From Trueperaceae bacterium (GTDB taxonomy: Bacteria > Deinococcota > Deinococci > Deinococcales > Trueperaceae), in the NCBI GenBank assembly GCA_965215565.1, contig CBDCDZ010000004.1, positions 3,008,001-3,072,000 on the forward strand: a DNA stretch of 64,000 nt, in the 5' to 3' direction. The notes under the pieces are model-generated. The model saw nothing but the letters and a program-made list of their open reading frames with translations, was not told where the DNA came from and did no database searches. Both the position numbers and the translations under genes were made by a program. Shown here one piece after another: positions 27,676 to 36,112 of the stretch (its first letter is position 1; the number at the start of each line of letters is the position of its first letter).

Positions 27676-28902
27676 ATGTATTTCTCATACCGTAGGTTTA
27701 TCCCTCTTTTAATATCTTTAGCGGCCTGTAGCGCGCCAGCTCCAACTGCCATCGACCCTGTCTCCGAGAGTAAGAGACCGCCGGCTGCAGCGTACTACGA
27801 GATTACGCAAGGAGCGCGCGGCGCAGTTACGCTCGACCTACCCGCGCCGACAGGAAAGGCTCGGGGCGCACACGGCAACCGCTTCGGCTGCGCAGTGTCG
27901 CATTTCTCCTACGATGACCCGATTATCTTCCCGGGCCAGCCAGGCAAGGCTCACTTACATCAGTTCACGGGCAACACGACGGCAGATGCGTTTTCAACGG
28001 CTGAAAGCCTGGACTCAGCGACGCGGTCCTCATGCCAAAGCGGGATCAACAACCGCTCCTCCTACTGGTCCCCTGCTTTCTTCAACGAAGAGGGTGAAGC
28101 CGTGCTACCAGAACTCAACGTTTTCTACTACAAAACGTTCTTACACGGAAAGACACCCAAGATCATCCAACCCGGTTTGATTCGCCCTATTCCCAATGGT
28201 TTTCGGATGCTAGCGCGCACCGACACAAAAAACGCTACGCCTAACGCCTTTTCCGTCTTCGAAAAAAAGGACTGGTCGGCTGAAGGGAAGAGCGTCACCG
28301 GCGCTAAGATTTCTTTTCCGCCATGTATTGCGCTCGGTGAGCAGGGCGAGCCTGTGCTGGACTACCGTGATATGCCCGCCGCGCTCGGCGAGCAGGTCAA
28401 CAGTCACGTCGCGTACCCTGACGGTTCAGCGCCAGACGCGCAAGCGAATGGCTGTCCAGCGAGCCATCCCTACCGCATTCCGACGCTTGTGCTGCTAATG
28501 TACTACGACATCCCCTTTGATAGCGGGTGGTACTTAGCCTCAGATGACAAGGCCCGCGTACAGTTGCCCAAATCCGACCCGAACCATCTGCCCAGCGGAC
28601 ATTCCCTCCACGCAGATTACTTCGCGATGTGGGACGAGACAACGATGGACCGCATCGTGGAGTGCAACCGCATCGGCGAAAGCTGCCGTTTTGAGGGCTA
28701 TCCTGAAGAGATGCTCTATAACAGTGAAGGGGTCAAAGTTTATAGTCATCCGAATACGCTCCTACCCGAGACTGACCGCACGCCTTTCGGTGACACGCTG
28801 CCGCAGACTCGCGGTGGGATGCACATGACAGACCACAGTGGCGCGCAACATGGGGTGAGTCATGACAAGATGGGGCACGCCAGGAGCAGCCCCGGTGAAT
28901 AG
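27676..28902 (+). CDS. DUF1996-domain lipoprotein
   Basis: AAGGAG RBS; lipobox LAAC; DDPIIFPGQPGKAHLHQFTGN, NRSSYWSP, CPASHPYRIP and SLHADY. Confidence 0.85.
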   Translation: MYFSYRRFIPLLISLAACSAPAPTAIDPVSESKRPPAAAYYEITQGARGAVTLDLPAPTGKARGAHGNRFGCAVSHFSYDDPIIFPGQPGKAHLHQFTGNTTADAFSTAESLDSATRSSCQSGINNRSSYWSPAFFNEEGEAVLPELNVFYYKTFLHGKTPKIIQPGLIRPIPNGFRMLARTDTKNATPNAFSVFEKKDWSAEGKSVTGAKISFPPCIALGEQGEPVLDYRDMPAALGEQVNSHVAYPDGSAPDAQANGCPASHPYRIPTLVLLMYYDIPFDSGWYLASDDKARVQLPKSDPNHLPSGHSLHADYFAMWDETTMDRIVECNRIGESCRFEGYPEEMLYNSEGVKVYSHPNTLLPETDRTPFGDTLPQTRGGMHMTDHSGAQHGVSHDKMGHARSSPGE

Positions 28903-29144
28903 ACCCAAGTAAAGGTCTGGGAAAGAACCTCAGGTGGAAGGGGCAGCGCCCGGCACAGTGTGTGCCGCTGCCGCCCAAGTTTTCTCGCTGTTTGTCGCAA
29001 GCAGCGGAGAATTATACCAAAGTAACTTAAGGGTGTCACAGTGTGATACCCTTAAACGCTCTGTGAGCGTAACTTCGAACGCCCACACATTATGACACCC
29101 CCTTTTCAGTCCGGTATTAGACCCTAAGAGATTGAACCGAAGTG

Positions 29145-29399
29145 TCAATTCCTCGTAGGAAAGCTAAAGACCGACGCCGCACCACGTGATACTACGGCTC
29201 CCGGATGCTCCGGCACGCTGTAGCCCGCTTTATCTTGCGCCCTTGAGCCTTTTAATTCGGTTTTAATTTGACGTGGAATGAACAGATTGTAAAGCGGCGC
29301 AAGTTCATCCATATAACCTAAAAAGTCGATACAGATGCACACCGATGTATCAAGAATCAGCTCTTTTTGCGTCTCTGGCATGAGATTAACTACACGCAA
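29145..29399 (-). pseudogene. Truncated PIN-domain toxin-like fragment
   Basis: LILDTSVCI...LAPLYNLFIPRQIKTEL PIN N-terminus, then the sequence diverges. Confidence 0.5.
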
Positions 29400-29613
29400 G
29401 CTGCTCCTCCGATAGATTCAAGTAAGGCACGCCGCGCTCCCCCGACCACTGCACTGTTTCGAGGCGCAACAGTCCCAGTATTTCTTGCACGTCGCTCGTC
29501 CACAACTTGCCGGACTTAGCTAATTTGACAACGTAAGGCTCGAGCAGCTCCTGCTCAGGGTCGTCGCCTAGATGCTCTGCAATTCTATCAGGAATAGTGA
29601 TCTGTAAGCTCAT
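29386..29613 (-). CDS. UPF0175-like antitoxin, possibly degenerate
   Basis: MSLQITIPD...LAKSGKL....EILGL.R.E...ERGVPY pattern upstream of the PIN fragment. Confidence 0.6.
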   Translation of the reverse strand: MSLQITIPDRIAEHLGDDPEQELLEPYVVKLAKSGKLWTSDVQEILGLLRLETVQWSGERGVPYLNLSEEQLACS

Positions 29614-29843
29614 TGTTTCCTCCAAAACTGCCACCACCGTCCGGGTGAGCGGGCGGGGGTTAGCGCTTCAATTTGTTCGTGTAGCACGTCGTTTTTCTCT
29701 TCCATTTGGGTGAGAGCGCCCACCTGAGCGAGCACCTGGGCGCTCACGCGCTCGGCACCTCGGGTGACGGCGTTAAGCGCCACCTCTAAAGACGCTGCGC
29801 CCTGCTCTCTGAGAAGCTTCGCGGTCTCGAGGCGCTCGAGCAC
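29610..29843 (-). pseudogene. C-terminal coiled-coil fragment ending RWWQFW, typical of mobile-element HTH proteins
   Basis: ...LHEQIEALTPARSPGRWWQFWRKQ; N-terminus apparently replaced by the IS1 remnant. Confidence 0.4.
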
Positions 29844-29889
29844 TTCTTTAGTGGGTAGTGGTTCAATCTCGAATGCTTTCCAGATTGTA

Positions 29890-30720
29890 ACGGACGAGGA
29901 AACGGTGTAAGCAGGTGAGGTGCATGTGCTCAGGCTTGGAGAAAGCTAACGTCTTGCGCACGAAGCAAGCAAGACGTTGCCTGAGTGTGTTGTTGAAGTG
30001 CTCAACGTGGGAAGTGAGACCTGTAGCTTTACTGACAGCTTGGTGGTGTCCGTCTGGTACTACAGCTCTGATAGGCTTTTCCTACGGAAAACTGCGTAAC
30101 CCAGAAGCGCTATAGCAGAGCCCTTGCTTGTAGTGTTCAGGAATTCCTTACAGAGCTGTTTACAGGTGGCTGCGCTGCGCCCACCTATGACGCAAGCAAC
30201 CACTTGGCGAGTCTGCTTGCATAAAGCGATCCATAGATTAAGCGCATAGCGCGTTGCATCTGCGATGCTCACCTATACCCAGCGTTTCTTCGTTTTCTTC
30301 TGCACAAACGAGTGCAACTCATCAAGCTCTAGCTCCACGCGCTGAGGAACATCGAACCGGACGAGGGTGTCTTTCAGTGCGGGGGCTAGGTTAGAGCAAA
30401 GCTCAAAGGCTCTTAGCCTTCACCTGTGTTTTCTTTGTTTTTTTGAGCTAGCGACTCACCGTGCTACGCGCCACCCCGAAGGTGCGCTCCAATCCTCTGA
30501 GGCTTGAACGCTCCTCATAGGCGCTTAAAGTCTCCTCTTTACGCGGCTCAGTATACCCATTCAGACTCGGCTCCTCGTCGTTCATCCCCGCTGACTCTGC
30601 TTCTCGTAATCTTTACAGCGTTCTGCTTGCCATTCGGCGCTACGTCGTTCTTGTTGCGCAGCCCTCCGCAGGAGACGATGCTCTCGCTGCTACAGTGGTA
30701 AGAAGTGTGGACTTGAGTAG
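29890..30720 (-). pseudogene. Decayed IS1-family transposase (boundaries approximate)
   Basis: Minus-strand fragments SLRGLERTFGVARSTV, LELDELHSFVQKK, LWIALCKQTRQVVACVIGGRS and TSHVEHFNNTLRQRLACFVRKTLAFSK, separated by stops and frameshifts. Confidence 0.85.
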
Positions 30721-30746
30721 GGCCTAACGGACAAACAAGGTAGAGA

Positions 30747-30836
30747 TAGCAGGTATCATCTGGTTTGAAACACTCTCACTTCTGAGAACATCATGCAGCA
30801 CGCACATTTTGAAATGAGGTTCCGTTACAGAAGCTG
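30747..30836. repeat. Divergent or partial MITE copy C
   Basis: TAGCAGGTATCATCTGGTTTGA...CTCTCAC...GCACGCACATT shared with copies A and B. Confidence 0.6.
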
Positions 30837-30929
30837 TGAAATCTTTGGCGTTGCCAAAACTTCCGTCTGCTTGCAGCAGCTTTCTGAAAGCGGCACTTTG
30901 TCTCAGTATCTTGTGGAACTGCTAGGAGT

Positions 30930-31077
30930 AACGAGTTCTGAAGGGAGTTGCTCGTATAATGAGGTCACGCTAAATGTCTGGCTGAAGCGCTACGAAGAGG
31001 GTGGCGTTGAAGGGCTCAAGCTGCTTTCAGGGCGAGGGCGTAAGCCGATACTTGAGGAAGAGAGAAAGTGCGAGTAG
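30930..31077 (+). pseudogene. IS630-like transposase HTH fragment
   Basis: VTLNVWLKRYEEGGVEGLK..SGRGRKPIL. Confidence 0.6.
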
Positions 31078-31267
31078 TCATACGAGGTTGCACGGCTTAG
31101 TTTGCAAACTTAAGCCGTGCCTGTCACGGATGGGACGTAAACTCGGCCTAGACCTGCTAGCCAAAACTGAGTCGTTGAAAAGCTCTATGCACGAAGTAAA
31201 GTCGCTCTGCTCCCGCTGGGCGAAGCAACGCACTCAGTTAGGTTAAATAAACTGTGCAATTTCGTAC

Positions 31268-31306
31268 AATCAATCGGAAACCGTACTATACGGTTTCCGA
31301 TTGATT
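31268..31306. repeat. Perfect 18-bp palindrome
   Basis: AATCAATCGGAAACCGTA-CTA-TACGGTTTCCGATTGATT. Confidence 0.85.
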
Positions 31307-31434
31307 CTCTGTCGTAGGAATTGCGCTGCTCCGCCTAGCGGTAGCGCACCACATGATGATAACTTCGTACACCCTTTCTATTCGCATCCGCTCAGGTTCA
31401 TTCGCTTATGCGAGCGACTTAACCTGAAACCGCC

Positions 31435-32235
31435 TTAGAAGGTCTCCTCGGCGAATTCGAATTCGTCCTCGAGGGTCAGCCCGCGCCCTGCCATCGTAGT
31501 GACGAGCGCTACGCCGACGATGACGAAGGTTACCGCGCTGACGATGACCGCGAGCAGCATGGGGTCCATACCTTGCGCCGCCATCATCATGTTGCCCGTG
31601 GGCGTATACTGCGCGGCAAACATCCCCGTGTAGTGCATTCCGCAGACCGCAACGCCCATCACGAGCGCGGCGGCCCCTTTGGCGAGGTCAACCGTTCCGC
31701 GTCCGAAGCGCGCCTCGGTCTCCTCCAAGTTGAGGTAGTAAAAGAGCATCATCGCGGCGATAGAAGCAACTACAGCGATCACGATAGAGACGGCGAAGAG
31801 CGTCATGTCGTAAGAAATGTCGGCGGGCATACGCATGGCGGCCATACCCGTGTAGTGCATCGCCGCGACGCCCGCGCCCATGATGACGCCCGCACCTAAA
31901 AGGCGAACGACGCCCAAGCTTTCACCGCTGATCGTGTAAAACGCGATGCCCGAGGCGATGAACGCGGCAACGACAGAGAGCGCTGTAAGCGTGAGGTCAT
32001 ACGACATCGGCATGTCCATCCTCAACGCCAACATGCCAACGAAGTGCATACTCCAGATGCCGATGCCCATCGTGAACGCGCTACCACCCAGCCACATCCA
32101 GAGACCTTGACCCTCGGCGTCTTTGACTTTACCCGCGAGCGTCAGCGCCGCAAACGACGCCACCGACGCCACCACGTACGAGAGCGCCACGAGGCGAAAG
32201 TCCCAGGTGTAGCTCATCATTTCCGTCATATCCAT
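31435..32235 (-). CDS. Stand-alone MHYT membrane sensor domain protein
   Basis: WSMHFVGM, AAMHYTGM and CGMHYTGM repeats; about 7 TM; no cytoplasmic output domain. Confidence 0.9.
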   Translation of the reverse strand: MDMTEMMSYTWDFRLVALSYVVASVASFAALTLAGKVKDAEGQGLWMWLGGSAFTMGIGIWSMHFVGMLALRMDMPMSYDLTLTALSVVAAFIASGIAFYTISGESLGVVRLLGAGVIMGAGVAAMHYTGMAAMRMPADISYDMTLFAVSIVIAVVASIAAMMLFYYLNLEETEARFGRGTVDLAKGAAALVMGVAVCGMHYTGMFAAQYTPTGNMMMAAQGMDPMLLAVIVSAVTFVIVGVALVTTMAGRGLTLEDEFEFAEETF

Positions 32236-32457
32236 GTGTTACCTCTTTCCGCCCTACCGAGGGCATGTCGGGGTTTACCCTGTAACACTGAGTCTGACAG
32301 GATTCTTACAAAAGAGGATGATGATTTTCACGAGAAGCGTGTGTAGGACGTTACTTTTAGAGAGGCGAAGTGCGTGAGAAAATCGGCTTTTTGGGTCTCA
32401 AAGGATGCTGTGGTAGAGCGCGGAGGCTCGAGCCACTACGCGCAGCTTACGGGTAAC

Positions 32458-33216
32458 TCAAAAAATCCCTTTCGTCGCGCCCCCGTCTACCAGCAGCGTC
32501 TGTCCGGTGATGTACGCCGCCTGCTGCGACGCTAAGAACACGGCGGCGGCGGCGACCTCTTCGGGCGCGGCAAAGCGCCCTGCGGGGATGCTCCGCTCGA
32601 GCCTCGCCCTGTCCTCTTCGCCCTCAAAAATTTCATTCAGCCGCTCCGTCGCCGTATAACCGGGTGCAACGTTATTCACCGTGATGCCTTGCCCCGCCAC
32701 CTCCGTGGAGAGGGTTTTGGCGAAGCCTGTCACGGCGGCGCGAAAGGCGTTCGAGAGCGTCAAGGCGTCAATCGGCTCCTTGACGGAGAGGCTCGTCATG
32801 TTGATGATGCGCCCCCAGCCCCTCTCCTGCATGGCGGGCAGCGCCTTGTACGCTAAACGCACGGCGGACATGAGCGTAAGGTCGTAACCTTGCGCCCACG
32901 CCTCTTGCGAGAGCGTCGTCGGCTTTCCGGCGGGGGGTCCGCCCGCGTTTACAACGAGGATGTCGGGCGCGGTGATCTTCTCGGCCTCTCCAAAAAGCAC
33001 GTCGATTCCCTGCGAATCGCTCACGTCAGCGACTAAGGCAGTGGCGTCTCCTCCGCTAGCGCGGATGTGCTCGGCGGCTTTGTAGAGGTCGGTCTGACCC
33101 CTCGAGCTTAGGATCACGCGGACGCCCTCGGCGGCGAGCCCCTGCGCGACAGCGAAGCCGATGCCTTTAGACGCGCCCGTGACGAGCGCCGTTTTGTTCT
33201 CGAGGTGTAAATTCAT
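32458..33216 (-). CDS. SDR-family oxidoreductase
   Basis: TGASKGIG, VNAGGPP and TGQTLLVDGG. Confidence 0.9.
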   Translation of the reverse strand: MNLHLENKTALVTGASKGIGFAVAQGLAAEGVRVILSSRGQTDLYKAAEHIRASGGDATALVADVSDSQGIDVLFGEAEKITAPDILVVNAGGPPAGKPTTLSQEAWAQGYDLTLMSAVRLAYKALPAMQERGWGRIINMTSLSVKEPIDALTLSNAFRAAVTGFAKTLSTEVAGQGITVNNVAPGYTATERLNEIFEGEEDRARLERSIPAGRFAAPEEVAAAAVFLASQQAAYITGQTLLVDGGATKGIF

Positions 33217-33222
33217 AGCGCA

Positions 33223-34251
33223 CTATACCCGCTCGAGCTTCACCTCTTTGAGCGCGGCGATGTCCCTAACACCCGCGCAGTGCATCGCGACGCGCAGTTC
33301 CCAGATGAAGTGCCTGAGCCACGCTACCACCTTTTCAGGTGAGACCGTCGAAGGCTCCAGAAGAGGCCGCGCCACCGCCACGACCTCCGCACCTAACGCA
33401 AGGGCTTTCGCTGCGTCCACCCCCGAGCGAATCCCGCCCGAAGCGATTAAAGGCATCTGCGGCAGCGTCTTGTGAACCTCTCGGAGCGCGGTTGCAGTCG
33501 GAATGCCCCACTCAGCGAGGTGCGGGTGGCGCACCTCGCCGTAGAGGACGTATTCCTCGACTTTCGCCCAGGAGGTGCCGCCCGCCCCCGCCACGTCGAG
33601 CGCGGCGAAACCTACGTCCTTGACGCGCTTCGCTACCGCCCCGCTGAGCCCGTGCCCGACCTCTTTGAGTAGGACGGGGAGGGGCACTCGGGGGACGACT
33701 TCGCGCAGTTTCGGCAAAAGGTCCGCGAAGTTCGTGTCGCCTCCCTCTTGCAGCGCCTCTTGCAGCGGGTTGGTATGCAGGGCGAGCGCGTCCGCGCCGA
33801 CAAGCTCCGCCGCGCGGCTAAGCTCCGCCGCACCGTAGCCCTTGTTGAGCTGGGCGACGCCCAGGTTGCCGATCAGCAAAATATCGGGGGCGACGGGGCG
33901 CACCTCGAAGGAGGCGCGGGTATGAGGATGCTCGAGCATCACCCGCTGCGAGCCGAGCATGAGCCCTACGCCCATCTCTTGCGCCGCTAACGCGAGATTG
34001 CGGTTGATAGCGGCGGAGCGCTCTGCGCCGCCCGTCATCGCGCCGATGAGAAGAGGTGCGGCGAGCGTCTTGCCTAAAAAGGTGGTGCGCGTACCTACGC
34101 TGGTCAAGTCGCTTTCGGGGAGGGCTGCGTAGGGGAGGTCAAAGTGTTCGAAACCCGTGGTGCGCGCTGCATACTCGACGGGGTACTCTAAACACACCTC
34201 GACGTGTTTGAGTTTGCGGGCGCGCAGGGGCTCGGCTAGGCTGTCTGCCAT
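33223..34251 (-). CDS. fni: Type 2 isopentenyl-diphosphate isomerase
   Basis: RKLKHV, AMTGG, GSQR, HTNPLQE, KEVGHG and GAGGTSW. Confidence 0.95.
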   Translation of the reverse strand: MADSLAEPLRARKLKHVEVCLEYPVEYAARTTGFEHFDLPYAALPESDLTSVGTRTTFLGKTLAAPLLIGAMTGGAERSAAINRNLALAAQEMGVGLMLGSQRVMLEHPHTRASFEVRPVAPDILLIGNLGVAQLNKGYGAAELSRAAELVGADALALHTNPLQEALQEGGDTNFADLLPKLREVVPRVPLPVLLKEVGHGLSGAVAKRVKDVGFAALDVAGAGGTSWAKVEEYVLYGEVRHPHLAEWGIPTATALREVHKTLPQMPLIASGGIRSGVDAAKALALGAEVVAVARPLLEPSTVSPEKVVAWLRHFIWELRVAMHCAGVRDIAALKEVKLERV

Positions 34252-34360
34252 CCCTACAAGGATAACGCACGCGCGGCGCAAGTAGGGTGCGCTGGCTGCG
34301 TTAGGGCGCTACGGTGATTTCGCTCATCGCAGAATGAAAGAAACGGGGTAGACTGGGGCA

Positions 34361-35776
34361 ATGTTACCCAAACTCACAAGCGCTCTCGTCGCCCTGGCCT
34401 TCCTGCTAAGCGCCTGCGGTCTCTTAGGCGGCGGCAGCGAACCCGGCGCGACCTGTTATCCAGAACCCGAGGAAACGCCAGCGGAAACACCTGCAGAGAC
34501 GTTGATCGATCCTGAAAGGTCTAGCCCCGCTTACGTCCCCGGTCAACTGCTCGTGCGCTACCGAGAGAGCGCTAGCGCGTTGCAACCCTTAGGGGCGCGC
34601 GCGAGTGCAGTCGAGCGTGAATACGGCTTGAAAACCCTCGAGTCCAACCCTGAACACGCCGACCTCGTCGCGCTCCCGGCGGACCAGAGCGTAGAGGAGG
34701 CGCTGGGGGTCCTCAACGCCGACCCGCGCGTCGCCTACGCCGAGCCCAACTACTACCTATACACCCAAGCGACGCCGAACGACACCTTTTTAGAGGAGCA
34801 GTGGAACCTCCTGGACTTCGGGCTGCCGCAAGCGTGGGACGTCGAGACGGGTCAGAGCAACGTCACGATTGCGGTTCTCGACAGCGGCGTCGACCTCTCG
34901 CACGAAGACCTGCGCGGTAGGTTCGTGCAAGGCTGCGACTTTTACGATCAAGACAATGACCCTAACCCCGGTTCGCCGAAAACGACGGCAGCCCAGACGC
35001 ACGGCACGCACGTCGCGGGCATCGTCGCCGCGACGGGCGACAACGGCGCGGGCGTTGCGGGGGTGGCGTATAAAGGCGTCAAGGTGCTGCCTGTCAAGGT
35101 CTTCGACGACGCGGGCAGGGTTGCGAAGACGGACGTCGTCGCCAAAGCGATCCGCTGGGCGGCCGGGCTAGACGTGGGCGGCGTGCGGCGCAACCCGAAC
35201 CCTGCCGACATCATCAACCTGAGTTTGGGAGGCAACATCCGAGACCCCGACACCGACGAGCCGATCAATATCCCCACCCTCGACGAAGCCATCCGTGACG
35301 CGCGGCGAGCGGGCGTCTTGACGATCGTCGCGGCGGGCAACGACAACGAGGGCGCGAAGGGGGACGGCATCTTCGCGCCTGCAAACGCGCCGGACGCGCT
35401 CGCGGTAGGCTCGGTGGACGCGAGCTACGAACGCTCCTCGTTCTCGGTCTACAGCACCTCGGGGCGCACGGTCAACCTGATGGCTCCAGGCGGTCTCGGA
35501 CCGAGTAGCTGCGGCTTAGTCGTTAGCACCGTCGCGGCAGAGAGCGGCAGCGGCGACTACGGCTGCCAAGCGGGAACCTCGATGGCGGCACCCTTCGTCA
35601 CGGGCGTCGCGGCGCTCCTCTGGAGTCAGTACCCGGATTGGAGCGCCGACAGAGTTGAGCAGCAGCTTCTCGCCGCCACGCTCTTTGACCCTAGCTTCAT
35701 GCGCCAAAGCGAGTACGGCGCAGGCGTGCTGTGCGCAGACTGGGCGCTGGACGCGGCGACGCTCTGCGGCAACTAA
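34361..35776 (+). CDS. S8 serine protease lipoprotein
   Basis: Lipobox LSAC; IAVLDSG, HGTHVAG and GTSMAAP. Confidence 0.92.
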   Translation: MLPKLTSALVALAFLLSACGLLGGGSEPGATCYPEPEETPAETPAETLIDPERSSPAYVPGQLLVRYRESASALQPLGARASAVEREYGLKTLESNPEHADLVALPADQSVEEALGVLNADPRVAYAEPNYYLYTQATPNDTFLEEQWNLLDFGLPQAWDVETGQSNVTIAVLDSGVDLSHEDLRGRFVQGCDFYDQDNDPNPGSPKTTAAQTHGTHVAGIVAATGDNGAGVAGVAYKGVKVLPVKVFDDAGRVAKTDVVAKAIRWAAGLDVGGVRRNPNPADIINLSLGGNIRDPDTDEPINIPTLDEAIRDARRAGVLTIVAAGNDNEGAKGDGIFAPANAPDALAVGSVDASYERSSFSVYSTSGRTVNLMAPGGLGPSSCGLVVSTVAAESGSGDYGCQAGTSMAAPFVTGVAALLWSQYPDWSADRVEQQLLAATLFDPSFMRQSEYGAGVLCADWALDAATLCGN

Positions 35777-35874
35777 GCGTCGCACGCGGCTCACGCAAAA
35801 GGCGTTCCGTTTTGTATAGACGGACGCGGCAGTCGCCTTACGCAATATTACGCATAAGCTTTGCGGAAACTCCA

Positions 35875-35938
35875 TGTGATGAACAAGGGGTTTCAACCCC
35901 TTGTTTTGACATCCTTAGCGTTACAGATAGAGCCACTA
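35875..35938 (-). repeat. REP-like hairpin repeat, copy 2
   Basis: AACAAGGGGTTTCAACCCCTTGTT hairpin; reverse complement matches 24065-24130. Confidence 0.7.
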
Positions 35939-36112
35939 AAGGTCTACCTGAACTAGCTTTCCGGTTTCGTAGGGTGCTGACATTCGTTTTACTTTTCGGC
36001 AGAACCTCTTTCGGATTAGCTCGAGCAGCCTGCAGCGAGCGAATTAACCGACGATGAACGGCTTGCAGGGCGCTGTTCATCAAGCCTAAGCAGAACACAG
36101 TATAAAGGGTGT

